Notes: a model not told the origin generated them from the sequence alone. Counted from the first letter of the stretch, positions 5,662 through 14,978 are shown. The stretch: 20,000 nt of DNA from an uncultured virus (IMG/VR IMGVR_UViG_3300006072_000005) (IMGVR_UViG_3300006072_000005), one strand, 5' to 3'. A program made the numbers and translations.

Positions 5662-7432
5662 GTATCTCTAAATCGTTTGCATAGCTGGTAAAACCGTTTT
5701 CTTTGATAACTCTCAGTACATTGTTTACACGGCCTATCAGCTCTTCCTTGTGACTGATCAAGAATATGTTTTTCTTGCGTTCACGACCCATCTTTTTCAG
5801 TATGCCCAGGGCACCTTCTACTCCTGAAGGATCTAGTCCGTTGTCTATGAGCTCGTCAACAAACAGCAAATTAATACTTTGATATAGACTTTCCCATACA
5901 TCACGGAAAGCCCACGACAAGCCCAGTATGAGTCTATTGCGTTCGCCTCGACTTAGATTATCAAAATCTAAATCTTGCCCCAGCTGTGTGATTAAGACCG
6001 TCAAGTCGTTTTGGAATGTAACTGTGTGTGGTAACCCCAGCTTGTCCAAGTAATAGGTCAAGCGATTGTTTAAGTATGCTAGGTTTTGATCTATAATCTT
6101 TTTGCGAATAAATGAATCTTTTGATGTCAGCAATTTCAACAAGAACTCTTGATGATCCTTCAAGCGAGTCAGCTCATTGACCAAGTCCCAAGAAATTTCC
6201 TGCATGGCAGTCATACGCAGTTCTTCAATTTGCTCTTGATACGGATCAGTTTCACCCGCTTTGATAGTCAACTGTGTTTCAAGAGTTTTTAAGTTGTTTT
6301 GATGTTTAAGAGTCTGCTCCACGCTGTCATAGTACGTTGAAGGACGTTGAGTCAGCTCACCCAGGGTAGCAATTTCGGCTTGTATTTTTGACAAATCCTT
6401 AGTGACCTTGTCGAAATACTTTCGGGCCTCGTCAAGGTGCCCTTGTGCTGTTGATGTCATTTCTTCATGCTTGTGATCATGTAGCTCTTGTTCACATGCG
6501 TGACAGGTCTTGTTAGCCAACTTGACGAGCTCGCCGTCGTACTTCGTGACGCTTCGCTCCGCTTGTGCTATCGCACTTTCGAGCGTTGCACGCTCTTTAT
6601 TTAGGCTTTTCAGCTTCGCTGACTTCTCGTCATACACTTTGAGCTCCGCATGCTTCGCAAGCTCAGCGTCAATATCTACGTCCTCCAATTCGACAATGGC
6701 TCTGCCCATCTTTTCTAGCTCTTGAGTATGTTGATTACCCCAAGCCATTTGTTTGGTTAGCAAACTATCAATACTTAATTGTATTTTTTCGTTGCTTTTC
6801 TTTGTAGCTTCGAGATTGGCAGTCTCTTGTGTAATAGCATCTTTAGTTTCTTTAACTTGTTCTTTAAGAGTTTCTGCTTTTTCACTTAGTAATGTAATAC
6901 CCAACAACTGTTCAATGATAGCACGTTGGTCGTTAGCCCGCATACTTAAGAAAGGTTCTGTATAAGTGTTAAGAGCAACAATATGTTTGAACATATCGTG
7001 GCTCATGCCCAGCAAGTCATCTAAGTCCTTCTGGGTTTCACGCATATCTCCTTGAGCATCGTCTGTTTCGTCTGTTTCTTGCTCTTGGTCATCAATAAAA
7101 AACTTTAATATGTTAGGTTTACGCCCACGTTCTATACGATAGAGAACACCATTTTTTTCAAATGTAAGTGTAACCAACATACCTTTGGCGTTAATCTTAT
7201 TGATAAGATTATCTTTTTTAATGTTAGTGAGTGCAATACCGTAAAGTGCATAACTTAAAGCATTTACAATGGTTGTCTTACCTGTACCGTTACGACTTCC
7301 GCTATCATCACCGCCTTGATCTAAATTCTCACCTAATACGAGTGTTAAATTTTCTTTACCAAAGTCTACAGCTTGAGTCTGGTTGCCCACACTCATGAAG
7401 TTACGTACTGTTAGTTCTTTTATTATAATCAT
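5654..7432 (-). CDS. Recombination endonuclease ATPase subunit, T4 gp46 / SbcC / Rad50 family
   Basis: VRNFMS N-terminus, Walker A NGTGKTT, coiled coil with CHAC zinc hook, LSRGE signature, Walker B LLFVDE, and ISH H-loop. Confidence 0.95.
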   Translation of the reverse strand: MIIIKELTVRNFMSVGNQTQAVDFGKENLTLVLGENLDQGGDDSGSRNGTGKTTIVNALSYALYGIALTNIKKDNLINKINAKGMLVTLTFEKNGVLYRIERGRKPNILKFFIDDQEQETDETDDAQGDMRETQKDLDDLLGMSHDMFKHIVALNTYTEPFLSMRANDQRAIIEQLLGITLLSEKAETLKEQVKETKDAITQETANLEATKKSNEKIQLSIDSLLTKQMAWGNQHTQELEKMGRAIVELEDVDIDAELAKHAELKVYDEKSAKLKSLNKERATLESAIAQAERSVTKYDGELVKLANKTCHACEQELHDHKHEEMTSTAQGHLDEARKYFDKVTKDLSKIQAEIATLGELTQRPSTYYDSVEQTLKHQNNLKTLETQLTIKAGETDPYQEQIEELRMTAMQEISWDLVNELTRLKDHQEFLLKLLTSKDSFIRKKIIDQNLAYLNNRLTYYLDKLGLPHTVTFQNDLTVLITQLGQDLDFDNLSRGERNRLILGLSWAFRDVWESLYQSINLLFVDELIDNGLDPSGVEGALGILKKMGRERKKNIFLISHKEELIGRVNNVLRVIKENGFTSYANDLEIHE

Positions 7433-8442
7433 AGGTTACTGTAAATCGATAGTAGTGTATTTTTGTCGTAGGTGTCTGAATCAATGCTGACAATTTGATT
7501 ACTGACAATTTGATCAACACTTTCAAAACTTTGAATATCTATATTAGTGTTAATTTCGATTTCTTTCTTTTCAGCTATCAATGTAAGTTCTCTGATATTG
7601 TAGTCTGCAATGAATTTTTCTTTGATAAAACTTGCTTCTTCAAAACTAATATCAATGTCTAATGCAACACGAAGATGTTGTCTAGGCAGAATAATTTCAT
7701 CGGCACGATCAATCAGTTCACTTAATTTAAGAGTTCGATATGTAGGTTGTCCAGGCCAGCTATGATATACAGGTTGTCCACCCCACTCCAATATCATCAT
7801 ACCACGTTCATCATCCCATGCATCCGAATAGTTGTGCGGGAACGCATTGCCAATATAAACCATGTTTTCATTTTGTTGACGTTTGTGGAAATGTCCACTA
7901 AACCCTAATTCAAAACCTTTAAATGCGTCAACTTGTAGTTCTCCGTGATCCGGCATTTGCACCATGGCATTCATAAAAAATTTAGGAAGTTCAAAATGTC
8001 CAAAGCAATATTTGCCTGTACGTTTGTTTATGTTTTTCCATTCTTCTCCCACCAACCACGGATAAAGGGTGACATCTCCAATAGTAGTAGGCTCGTGTAT
8101 GACAGTAACACCAGGAATGTATTTTCCAAATTCCACAGAGTGTATGTCTCGTTTGTCTTTGTAATACAAATCATGATTACCAGGAAAGAAATAGAAGTTG
8201 TTAAACGCCTGACCCAACTTTTCCAAGGCCCTAAGGCTATAATCCATTGTAGTAATGTTAAGGCTATTACGGTTATGGTGCCAATCACCCATAAAGATAC
8301 CTGTATCACAACCTTCCTCCTTTGCTTTAGCGATATACCAATCCACAAATTCCTCACAATCTTGATTGTGAATTGATGAATTACTTTTAAGACCAAAATG
8401 TATGTCAGTAAAAGCGGCAATCTTTTTAAACATATTACTCAC
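7429..8442 (-). CDS. Recombination endonuclease nuclease subunit, T4 gp47 / SbcD / Mre11 family
   Basis: Metallophosphoesterase motifs DIHFG, GDWHH, GNHD and SGHFH; ATGA overlap with gp46. Confidence 0.95.
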   Translation of the reverse strand: MSNMFKKIAAFTDIHFGLKSNSSIHNQDCEEFVDWYIAKAKEEGCDTGIFMGDWHHNRNSLNITTMDYSLRALEKLGQAFNNFYFFPGNHDLYYKDKRDIHSVEFGKYIPGVTVIHEPTTIGDVTLYPWLVGEEWKNINKRTGKYCFGHFELPKFFMNAMVQMPDHGELQVDAFKGFELGFSGHFHKRQQNENMVYIGNAFPHNYSDAWDDERGMMILEWGGQPVYHSWPGQPTYRTLKLSELIDRADEIILPRQHLRVALDIDISFEEASFIKEKFIADYNIRELTLIAEKKEIEINTNIDIQSFESVDQIVSNQIVSIDSDTYDKNTLLSIYSNL

Positions 8443-9283
8443 TAGCAGTATCCTCGTTGTGTCGTTTTAATGCGTTTGCATGTTCACCTGCGCCAGTACG
8501 GCTATAACTAGGATTCATTCCGTTGATTTCCAGTATGTCGTCACGGATATTTTGATTGCGTTTTTCTATATTAATAACACGAACAAAGCTATTAGTAACA
8601 GCCGCAGTAAAATACGCAAAAGGATTGTCTGATTTCGATTCATCAAATTGTAGTCCTATCTGTGTAAGTTGCAAAATAGCCTGACCTTTCATTTCGTCAT
8701 TATATGTGTACCCACGAACGTTACCCCGAGTAGCATAACGCTCACATAATTTTAACATCATACGAGCTAAGGTGTTAGTTATTTGGCCCGCATTTTTGTC
8801 AAAATGACCAGTCTTCAATCCACCTTTCCAATGACTTTTACCAACACATATGAGTTCATCTTCGTCATTAAATTTCCAATGTTGGAAAGGAGGAAAATTA
8901 ACCTTATCACGGTGATCTGCAAGACTCTTTGGATTTTTCTTACGTGTATTGTTAAGTGGAATATGATCAAATGTCATGATCCTGAAGACTACATCTGTCT
9001 TTGGAATTTTTTTATAATCAATTTCGCAGTCGGCTTGTTTAATTTTTTCTCCGCCCTTTTTACGAGCGGCATAATCGGTGTCTCCAATACGTTTGGCACG
9101 ATTACGTTTGGCTTCTGCAATAGTTCTAATATTAATTTTATCTACGCTGGGCAGGATTATATCGTATTGATGATATTCTGGTTTGGAAAATACACAATAA
9201 CTACTTTTTGATTTGTGTATTTCGGCCAACATGTCTTTGTTGTTTAAGTAATTTACTTTGGGCGGGTTTGCTGGTATTGTCAT
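8435..9283 (-). CDS. Late-transcription sigma factor, T4 gp55-like (282 aa)
   Basis: NYLNNKDML N-terminus and N.RGYTY.DEM......L......FD..KS.NPFAYFT....NSF...I..EK motif. Its position upstream of gp47-gp46 matches T4-like phages. Confidence 0.88.
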   Translation of the reverse strand: MTIPANPPKVNYLNNKDMLAEIHKSKSSYCVFSKPEYHQYDIILPSVDKINIRTIAEAKRNRAKRIGDTDYAARKKGGEKIKQADCEIDYKKIPKTDVVFRIMTFDHIPLNNTRKKNPKSLADHRDKVNFPPFQHWKFNDEDELICVGKSHWKGGLKTGHFDKNAGQITNTLARMMLKLCERYATRGNVRGYTYNDEMKGQAILQLTQIGLQFDESKSDNPFAYFTAAVTNSFVRVINIEKRNQNIRDDILEINGMNPSYSRTGAGEHANALKRHNEDTASE

Positions 9284-9306
9284 CCTTAAGAGTCCTCTAA
9301 TGGTTA

Positions 9307-9335
9307 ATTATAAACTACGCACTTTATAAAGTCAA
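9307..9335 (-). promoter_or_regulatory. Host sigma70-type promoter TTGACT-N17-TATAAT for the gp55-gp47-gp46 operon
   Basis: -35 is plus-strand AGTCAA at 9330-9335, -10 is plus-strand ATTATA at 9307-9312, with a 17-nt spacer. Confidence 0.8.
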
Positions 9336-9342
9336 CTAAATA
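9335..9342 (+). promoter_or_regulatory. Late-promoter-like ACTAAATA for the baseplate operon
   Basis: TAAATA core about 24 nt upstream of ATG 9366, with an AAGGA ribosome-binding site in between. Confidence 0.6.
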
Positions 9343-9365
9343 TTATACCAAAAAGGAATAATATT

Positions 9366-10355
9366 ATGGCCGTAACAGGAGCAACAGCACAGGTACAACA
9401 AGGCGCAAGTGCTAATTCGATTGGATCTGCTATCAATAAAGCAGGTAAAATCACTGCATTGGCAGGAGCGGTGGGTAATGCCGCCAATTTATTAAGTTCT
9501 GTACGTTCGATAAGTTTACCAACTGCTGGTGAATCAGTAGGCGATATATACGCCGCTTCGGCCGCTTTTACTGATTTGGAAGGCGCCCATGAATGGCGTG
9601 TTCGTTTAAGCATACCTACCTGGCCTAGTTTTAGAACCAGTGTAGTAATGAAACCATTAATCGATGCAGGCGGCATGATTTTTCCTTACACTCCAGACAT
9701 TAATATAACTGCACAGGCAAAGTACACACCTTTGAATATTCCGCATACAAATTACAATTTCCATGCATATCAAAATAGTGATCCTGGACAAATTCAGATT
9801 ACTGCTCCAATGTATGTTGAGGATCAAACACAAGGCTTGTACTGGATTGCAGCCATGCATTATTTAAGAAGTCTTACCAAAATGTTTAACGGAAATGATC
9901 CAAAGGCTGGCAATCCTCCACCGATTGTAAATTTTAATGCGTATGGTCAGTATGTGTTTAACAATGTACCAGTTGCAGTTACATCATTTCAAACTCAGTT
10001 GGCAAAAGATTGTGATTATATCAGTGTACCAGTAGTCAACAGTGCCGCTAGTATAGCACAAGGTGCCGCAGATGCAGTCGGTGGAATAACAGATGCACTT
10101 GGTTCAATCTTTCCAGGAGCGGGAGATGTTACTGCCGGAATAGGAAGTATTGCAGGCGGTGTTGGACAAGTGGCCGCCCTTGCAGGATTATTTGGAACTG
10201 GCGGGTCTATCCCAGGAGGATATACTCATGTTCCTGTAAAAAGTACATTTACAGTTACACTACAGCCAATGTATGCAAGAAATACAAGTCAAAGATTTAG
10301 CCTTGACAGATTTGTTGAAGGCGGATATCTAAACACAACTCCGGGATACATTTAA
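9366..10355 (+). CDS. Probable baseplate/tail-tube initiator (gp48/gp54-like tube fold)
   Basis: IFPYTP.I......Y......H.NY....Y..S and G.PPP...F..YG......VP..V motifs typical of contractile-tail tube initiators; first gene of the baseplate cluster, before a LysM-type gene. Confidence 0.65.
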   Translation: MAVTGATAQVQQGASANSIGSAINKAGKITALAGAVGNAANLLSSVRSISLPTAGESVGDIYAASAAFTDLEGAHEWRVRLSIPTWPSFRTSVVMKPLIDAGGMIFPYTPDINITAQAKYTPLNIPHTNYNFHAYQNSDPGQIQITAPMYVEDQTQGLYWIAAMHYLRSLTKMFNGNDPKAGNPPPIVNFNAYGQYVFNNVPVAVTSFQTQLAKDCDYISVPVVNSAASIAQGAADAVGGITDALGSIFPGAGDVTAGIGSIAGGVGQVAALAGLFGTGGSIPGGYTHVPVKSTFTVTLQPMYARNTSQRFSLDRFVEGGYLNTTPGYI

Positions 10356-10356
10356 A

Positions 10357-10659
10357 ATGCAAGCAGATTATTCTACAAGTAGTCCTTGGTACTTGACATC
10401 TATTACAAATAACTATCTAGACATTTTAAATATCAGACCTGTCAGTGCAAATCCAGACGATTTTTTATATACTATTGAACCGCAATATACCTATAGACCA
10501 GACCTACTGGCATTTGACTTATACGGCGATGCTAATTTATGGTGGGTTTTCATTCAACGAAATTTAGATGTATTACAAGATCCTATTTTAGATTTTATTC
10601 CAGGAACACAAATATATATTTGTAAATTAAGCGAATTAACACAAGCATTGGGAATATAA
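10357..10659 (+). CDS. Baseplate wedge LysM-type protein (gp53-like)
   Basis: YRPDLLAFDLYGDANLWWVF..RN......P......G..I motif. Confidence 0.85.
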   Translation: MQADYSTSSPWYLTSITNNYLDILNIRPVSANPDDFLYTIEPQYTYRPDLLAFDLYGDANLWWVFIQRNLDVLQDPILDFIPGTQIYICKLSELTQALGI

Positions 10660-10660
10660 T

Positions 10661-12859
10661 ATGGCTTCTGTATTATCTAATCTTGGATCTGCAATATCGG
10701 ATGCCTTTACAAAATTTTCTTTGCCTAGACCAAATGTCTTGAGCAGTTATGCATCTTACGATTATGTGTTTGGTCTTTATTGTTTAGATCCTGCAAGTTA
10801 TAATTTTCCAAATTCATCATACCTTGCAGGACAACTACCGACTGCAATTTTAAAAAGTGCTGGTGCGAATCCTGACAACAGATTTATTATCGGCGGCACT
10901 AAATTTGAATTTTATATGACTGAACTTACAGTCAATAGTACAGTTTCATTCACACCTAAATTGACTAACACAAGCAATTTAACTTTAGAATTTAAAATAG
11001 TTGAGCCATACAGCATGTGCGGATTTCCTACAGCATTATCTGGTGCGGCAGGGCTAGCTGGGTATCAAAATTATAATGATGCTGTTTATTTGATTACTAT
11101 TGATTTTAGGGGAAACACGGAAGGCGGAGCAATTTCATCAATACCATCTACTTCAAAATATATTCCGTTTAAATTTACAAAAATTGATATGAAAATGACT
11201 CCCGCTGGCGCAACGTATGACTGTGCAGGCTATGTTGCCAACGGAGAATCTTTAAAAGATGAATATCTTGCTCTTAAAACAAACGTAAATTTTTCAGGCC
11301 TTACTGTACAAGAAGCCTTGCAAAGCGGTGCTCATAGTTTGCAAGCTGCCTTGAACAAGTACTATGATAATTTAAAGAAAGACGGTGGTGCAGATCAACC
11401 CGAAAGAATTTATATAGTTTTTCCATCCACTTTGCAAACAGGTAAATCTGGATCACAAACTCCAAATGCTTCCAGCAAATACAATGTATCATCTGCCACA
11501 GTAAGTAAAATTACATCAGGTACAGATGCAAGTTTTTTAAAAAGTATAGGATTAAAAACAGCAGATCAGCAACAGGCAATTGCACAACAAGATACTAGTA
11601 CTGTAAATAAAATTGGATCTTCAGAGTTTGACGGTGAGACAATAAAAGCAGCCAATAAACCTTTTGCAAAATCGGTAGTAGATCCTAATACCGGAGAAGT
11701 AAACAAAGCATCTACGCAGGTTGTAGATCCAAAATCGATTGAATTTGAATTTCCACAAGGCACTAGCATTATTGATATGATTAATAAAGTGTTATTTGTT
11801 AGCAAATATGCGGTTAATAATCTTAAAAGTAGTGCAGTTGATGCCGACGGATTTAGAACATGGTGGCGAGTTGATACACAAGTTTATCATATAAATTCTG
11901 ATGACAATATAAAATCAAAAGGAAGACTACCTAAGATTGTTGTATACAGAGTTTGCGAATACAAATCGCACGTTGCATGGAGTCTAGCAACTAACGTAGT
12001 TCCTCCTGGTCTAGATAGTCTTAGAAAAAAAGTAGCAAAAGTTTACAACTATATCTACACAGGATTAAACACGGAAATTTTAAATTTTAATATTGAAATT
12101 AAAAATGCATTCATTATGAGAATGGCTCCTGATTTGTTTAAAAATACACAAAGTGAACTTTTACAAAATAGAAACGATTTTGCTAGTGAAGCAAATAAGG
12201 ATGCTAAAAAAGATGAAGTTCAAGTCAACGACAATGGTGCAAAAGTTAACAAGGGCAATGTAAATGCCGCTCAGACTTTGCGTTATACAGGAACTGAAAC
12301 ATCTTTAGGTAGGATAGGAGGTACATACGGAGCCGCTCAAACAGCACAAGCCGCGGCTTGGTACCATGATGTAATTAATACTCCTTACGACATGTCTAAT
12401 GCTAACATAACAATTATGGGAGACCCTTACTATATTTCTAATTCTGGAATGGGCAACTATACAGCAAACGTCAGTAGCCAGGTTAATATAACATCAGACG
12501 GAGATATGAATTATCAAGGAGGAGAAGTTTCTTTTATTGTTAATTTTAAATCACCTAACGATATAAATCAGTCAACTGGACTGTATGACTTCTCATCAAA
12601 TAAGACAGCATATCAATGGCAAGGACTGTATAAATTAACTACAGTTAAGAGTACATTTAAAGACGGCAAATTTACACAAGTACTCAACGGTATTAGATTA
12701 CCAAATCAGCCACCGCCAAATTCAGTAACTTCAAGTTCTGGCTTGAAACCTGGACAAGCTATTGGTACAGACAAACAATCTCCAGCTGCCGCTCAACCGG
12801 CACCCGGCACTCCCGAATACACAGCCGCATATAATCGTGGCGATATACCGCAGGTTTAA
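10661..12859 (+). CDS. Baseplate hub protein (gp27-like / tail protein D-like, 732 aa)
   Basis: Lies between gp53 and gp5; I.EPY, ITIMGDPY and GLY....V.S.F..G.FTQ.L motifs. Confidence 0.7.
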   Translation: MASVLSNLGSAISDAFTKFSLPRPNVLSSYASYDYVFGLYCLDPASYNFPNSSYLAGQLPTAILKSAGANPDNRFIIGGTKFEFYMTELTVNSTVSFTPKLTNTSNLTLEFKIVEPYSMCGFPTALSGAAGLAGYQNYNDAVYLITIDFRGNTEGGAISSIPSTSKYIPFKFTKIDMKMTPAGATYDCAGYVANGESLKDEYLALKTNVNFSGLTVQEALQSGAHSLQAALNKYYDNLKKDGGADQPERIYIVFPSTLQTGKSGSQTPNASSKYNVSSATVSKITSGTDASFLKSIGLKTADQQQAIAQQDTSTVNKIGSSEFDGETIKAANKPFAKSVVDPNTGEVNKASTQVVDPKSIEFEFPQGTSIIDMINKVLFVSKYAVNNLKSSAVDADGFRTWWRVDTQVYHINSDDNIKSKGRLPKIVVYRVCEYKSHVAWSLATNVVPPGLDSLRKKVAKVYNYIYTGLNTEILNFNIEIKNAFIMRMAPDLFKNTQSELLQNRNDFASEANKDAKKDEVQVNDNGAKVNKGNVNAAQTLRYTGTETSLGRIGGTYGAAQTAQAAAWYHDVINTPYDMSNANITIMGDPYYISNSGMGNYTANVSSQVNITSDGDMNYQGGEVSFIVNFKSPNDINQSTGLYDFSSNKTAYQWQGLYKLTTVKSTFKDGKFTQVLNGIRLPNQPPPNSVTSSSGLKPGQAIGTDKQSPAAAQPAPGTPEYTAAYNRGDIPQV

Positions 12860-12861
12860 TA

Positions 12862-14490
12862 ATGACAGGTACCATATCCAGAATAGATACAGCTAAAGGT
12901 TCAGGCGGACAAAAAGCACCCGAAGTCCCTAGACTAGCCATAGTAGAAGGTCATCTTGACAGCAAATTCATGGGAGGTCTTAAAGTACGAATCTTAAGAG
13001 AAGCAGGCGACTCTAGATTTGACAATCAATCATTCCAAGTAAAAGCTATGTTTCCTTTTGCAGGGCAAACTAATGCTGACTTTGTTGGTAATAATAATGA
13101 CTATGACGGAACACAAAAAAGTTACGGTATGTGGTTTGTACCACCGGATGTGGGGACACAAGTAGTTGTAATTTTTATCAATGGCGATCCATCTCGTGGA
13201 TTTTGGATAGGATGTGTTCCTGATACCGAAAGTAACTTTATGGTTCCCGGAATGCCTTCAACAGAATTTACTGTTGAGCAAGGAACTACTCCAAGCGGAC
13301 AACCATTAAGGGCTCCTACATCGGAATATAATAAAGTAATTGCAAATACGGATACTGCTAATGCATCTAAACCAGCAACACAAATTCCTAAACCTACTCA
13401 CAAATATTTTTCACAAATACTAACAAATCAAGGATTAAATCTTGACGATATCAGAGGAATTACAACTAGCGGTGCAAGGAGAGAAGCACCTAGTACTGTA
13501 TTTGGAATTAGTACTCCTGGCCCAGTAGATAAAACACCAGGTGCTCCAACAGGCAAAGTTGGCTTGGATTCCCTTAATAATAATCCAATAGTCCAGCCAA
13601 TCAGCAGACTTGGCGGAACAACATTTGTAATGGATGATGGCGATTCTGGATTTAGAAGAAAAAAGAACGCTAGCGAAGGTCCTCCTGATTATGCAAGTTT
13701 TCAAGCAGGCGATAAATCTGGAGATCCTACTCTACCTCACAACGAGATGGTTAGAATTCGTACACGTACCGGACATCAGATATTATTGCATAACAGTGAA
13801 GATTTAATTTACATTGGAAATGCCTCAGGTACTAGTTGGATAGAAATGTCTAGCATGGGAAAAATTGATATATTTGCTTCGGACAGTGTCAGCATCCATA
13901 CAAAAGCAGATATGAATTTTTATGCTGACCGAGATATTAATATGGAAGCTGGACGTAGTATTAATATGAAATCTACGACACAAACACAATTAGAATCAGG
14001 CGGCGACTTTAATTTTATTGTTAACGGAAATTATAAAGTAAAAGTAACAGGCGATTATATTAATGTAGTTAAAGATTTTAATGTTAGTGCAAGTACATCA
14101 GTAAATTTAACTAGCGTTAATACAAATTTAAACAGCAGTAACAATTTAATAATAACTGCATCAAGTGTCCTTGGTATAAACGGTGCAGGAGTTGCATCAA
14201 AGGCATTAACAACTGCTCCTAAACCTTTGCCAACATTTAATAATATTTACGACACTAACGGTAGTCAAATAGTGAGTATTATGAAGCGTATTCCTAATCA
14301 TGAACCTTGGCCTCAGCACGAAAATTTAGATCCAAAATCGATGGCAGCTTCGCAGACAGATATAACATCGACTTCGCCAATAACATTTAGTAATGGAAAA
14401 ACTACAGCACCAGATTTTTATTTAAAGTATACTACAGCAACAGACACGTTTAACTTTATTCCACCAAGTTCAAACCAATCTGCAAAGTAA
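12862..14490 (+). CDS. Baseplate central spike, gp5/VgrG-like (OB fold plus beta-helix, 542 aa)
   Basis: D....G.LKVRI, SYGMWFVPPDVGTQVVVIF..GD...GFWIG OB-fold motif, RTRTGHQI, and beta-helix-like repeats. Confidence 0.88.
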   Translation: MTGTISRIDTAKGSGGQKAPEVPRLAIVEGHLDSKFMGGLKVRILREAGDSRFDNQSFQVKAMFPFAGQTNADFVGNNNDYDGTQKSYGMWFVPPDVGTQVVVIFINGDPSRGFWIGCVPDTESNFMVPGMPSTEFTVEQGTTPSGQPLRAPTSEYNKVIANTDTANASKPATQIPKPTHKYFSQILTNQGLNLDDIRGITTSGARREAPSTVFGISTPGPVDKTPGAPTGKVGLDSLNNNPIVQPISRLGGTTFVMDDGDSGFRRKKNASEGPPDYASFQAGDKSGDPTLPHNEMVRIRTRTGHQILLHNSEDLIYIGNASGTSWIEMSSMGKIDIFASDSVSIHTKADMNFYADRDINMEAGRSINMKSTTQTQLESGGDFNFIVNGNYKVKVTGDYINVVKDFNVSASTSVNLTSVNTNLNSSNNLIITASSVLGINGAGVASKALTTAPKPLPTFNNIYDTNGSQIVSIMKRIPNHEPWPQHENLDPKSMAASQTDITSTSPITFSNGKTTAPDFYLKYTTATDTFNFIPPSSNQSAK

Positions 14491-14502
14491 CGGAGACCTA
14501 AC

Positions 14503-14946
14503 ATGGCAAACAGTTTATACACAAAAACAAATCTTACAACAAAATCGAACATTAATAACAAGCCAACTTCTCGTTTGTACAGAGGATTCAGCACAGTTAA
14601 TACAAATAGTAAAAATTTTGCATTGTATGATTTTGAACTAATCAAACAAGACTTGCTAAACAGTTTTTATGTACGTCAGGGCGAAAGACTCATGAATCCA
14701 GCTTACGGTTGTATAATATGGGACTTGTTGTTTGAACCTTTGACAGAAAACATAAAGGAACTATTATTGCAGAATGTCAATGCAATCGTAAATGCAGATC
14801 CTAGGGTTCAGGCAACCAATGTAATCATATCTCAGTATGATACAGGACTACAAATTGAGTTTAGATTGACATATTCAGCGTACAATCTTAGTGAAAATCT
14901 GCAATTAAAATTCGATCAAAACAACGGTCTAGTATCAAATATCTAA
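14503..14946 (+). CDS. Baseplate wedge / sheath initiator, T4 gp25-like
   Basis: IKQDLLN....RQGERLMNP.YG..IWDLLFEP and DPRV motifs. Confidence 0.92.
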   Translation: MANSLYTKTNLTTKSNINNKPTSRLYRGFSTVNTNSKNFALYDFELIKQDLLNSFYVRQGERLMNPAYGCIIWDLLFEPLTENIKELLLQNVNAIVNADPRVQATNVIISQYDTGLQIEFRLTYSAYNLSENLQLKFDQNNGLVSNI

Positions 14947-14970
14947 TAAAATACGCATATAATTTTGTTC

Positions 14971-14978
14971 GATAAATA
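14971..14978 (+). promoter_or_regulatory. Late-promoter-like GATAAATA
   Basis: 19 nt upstream of ATG 14997, with an AGGA ribosome-binding site in between. Confidence 0.6.
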
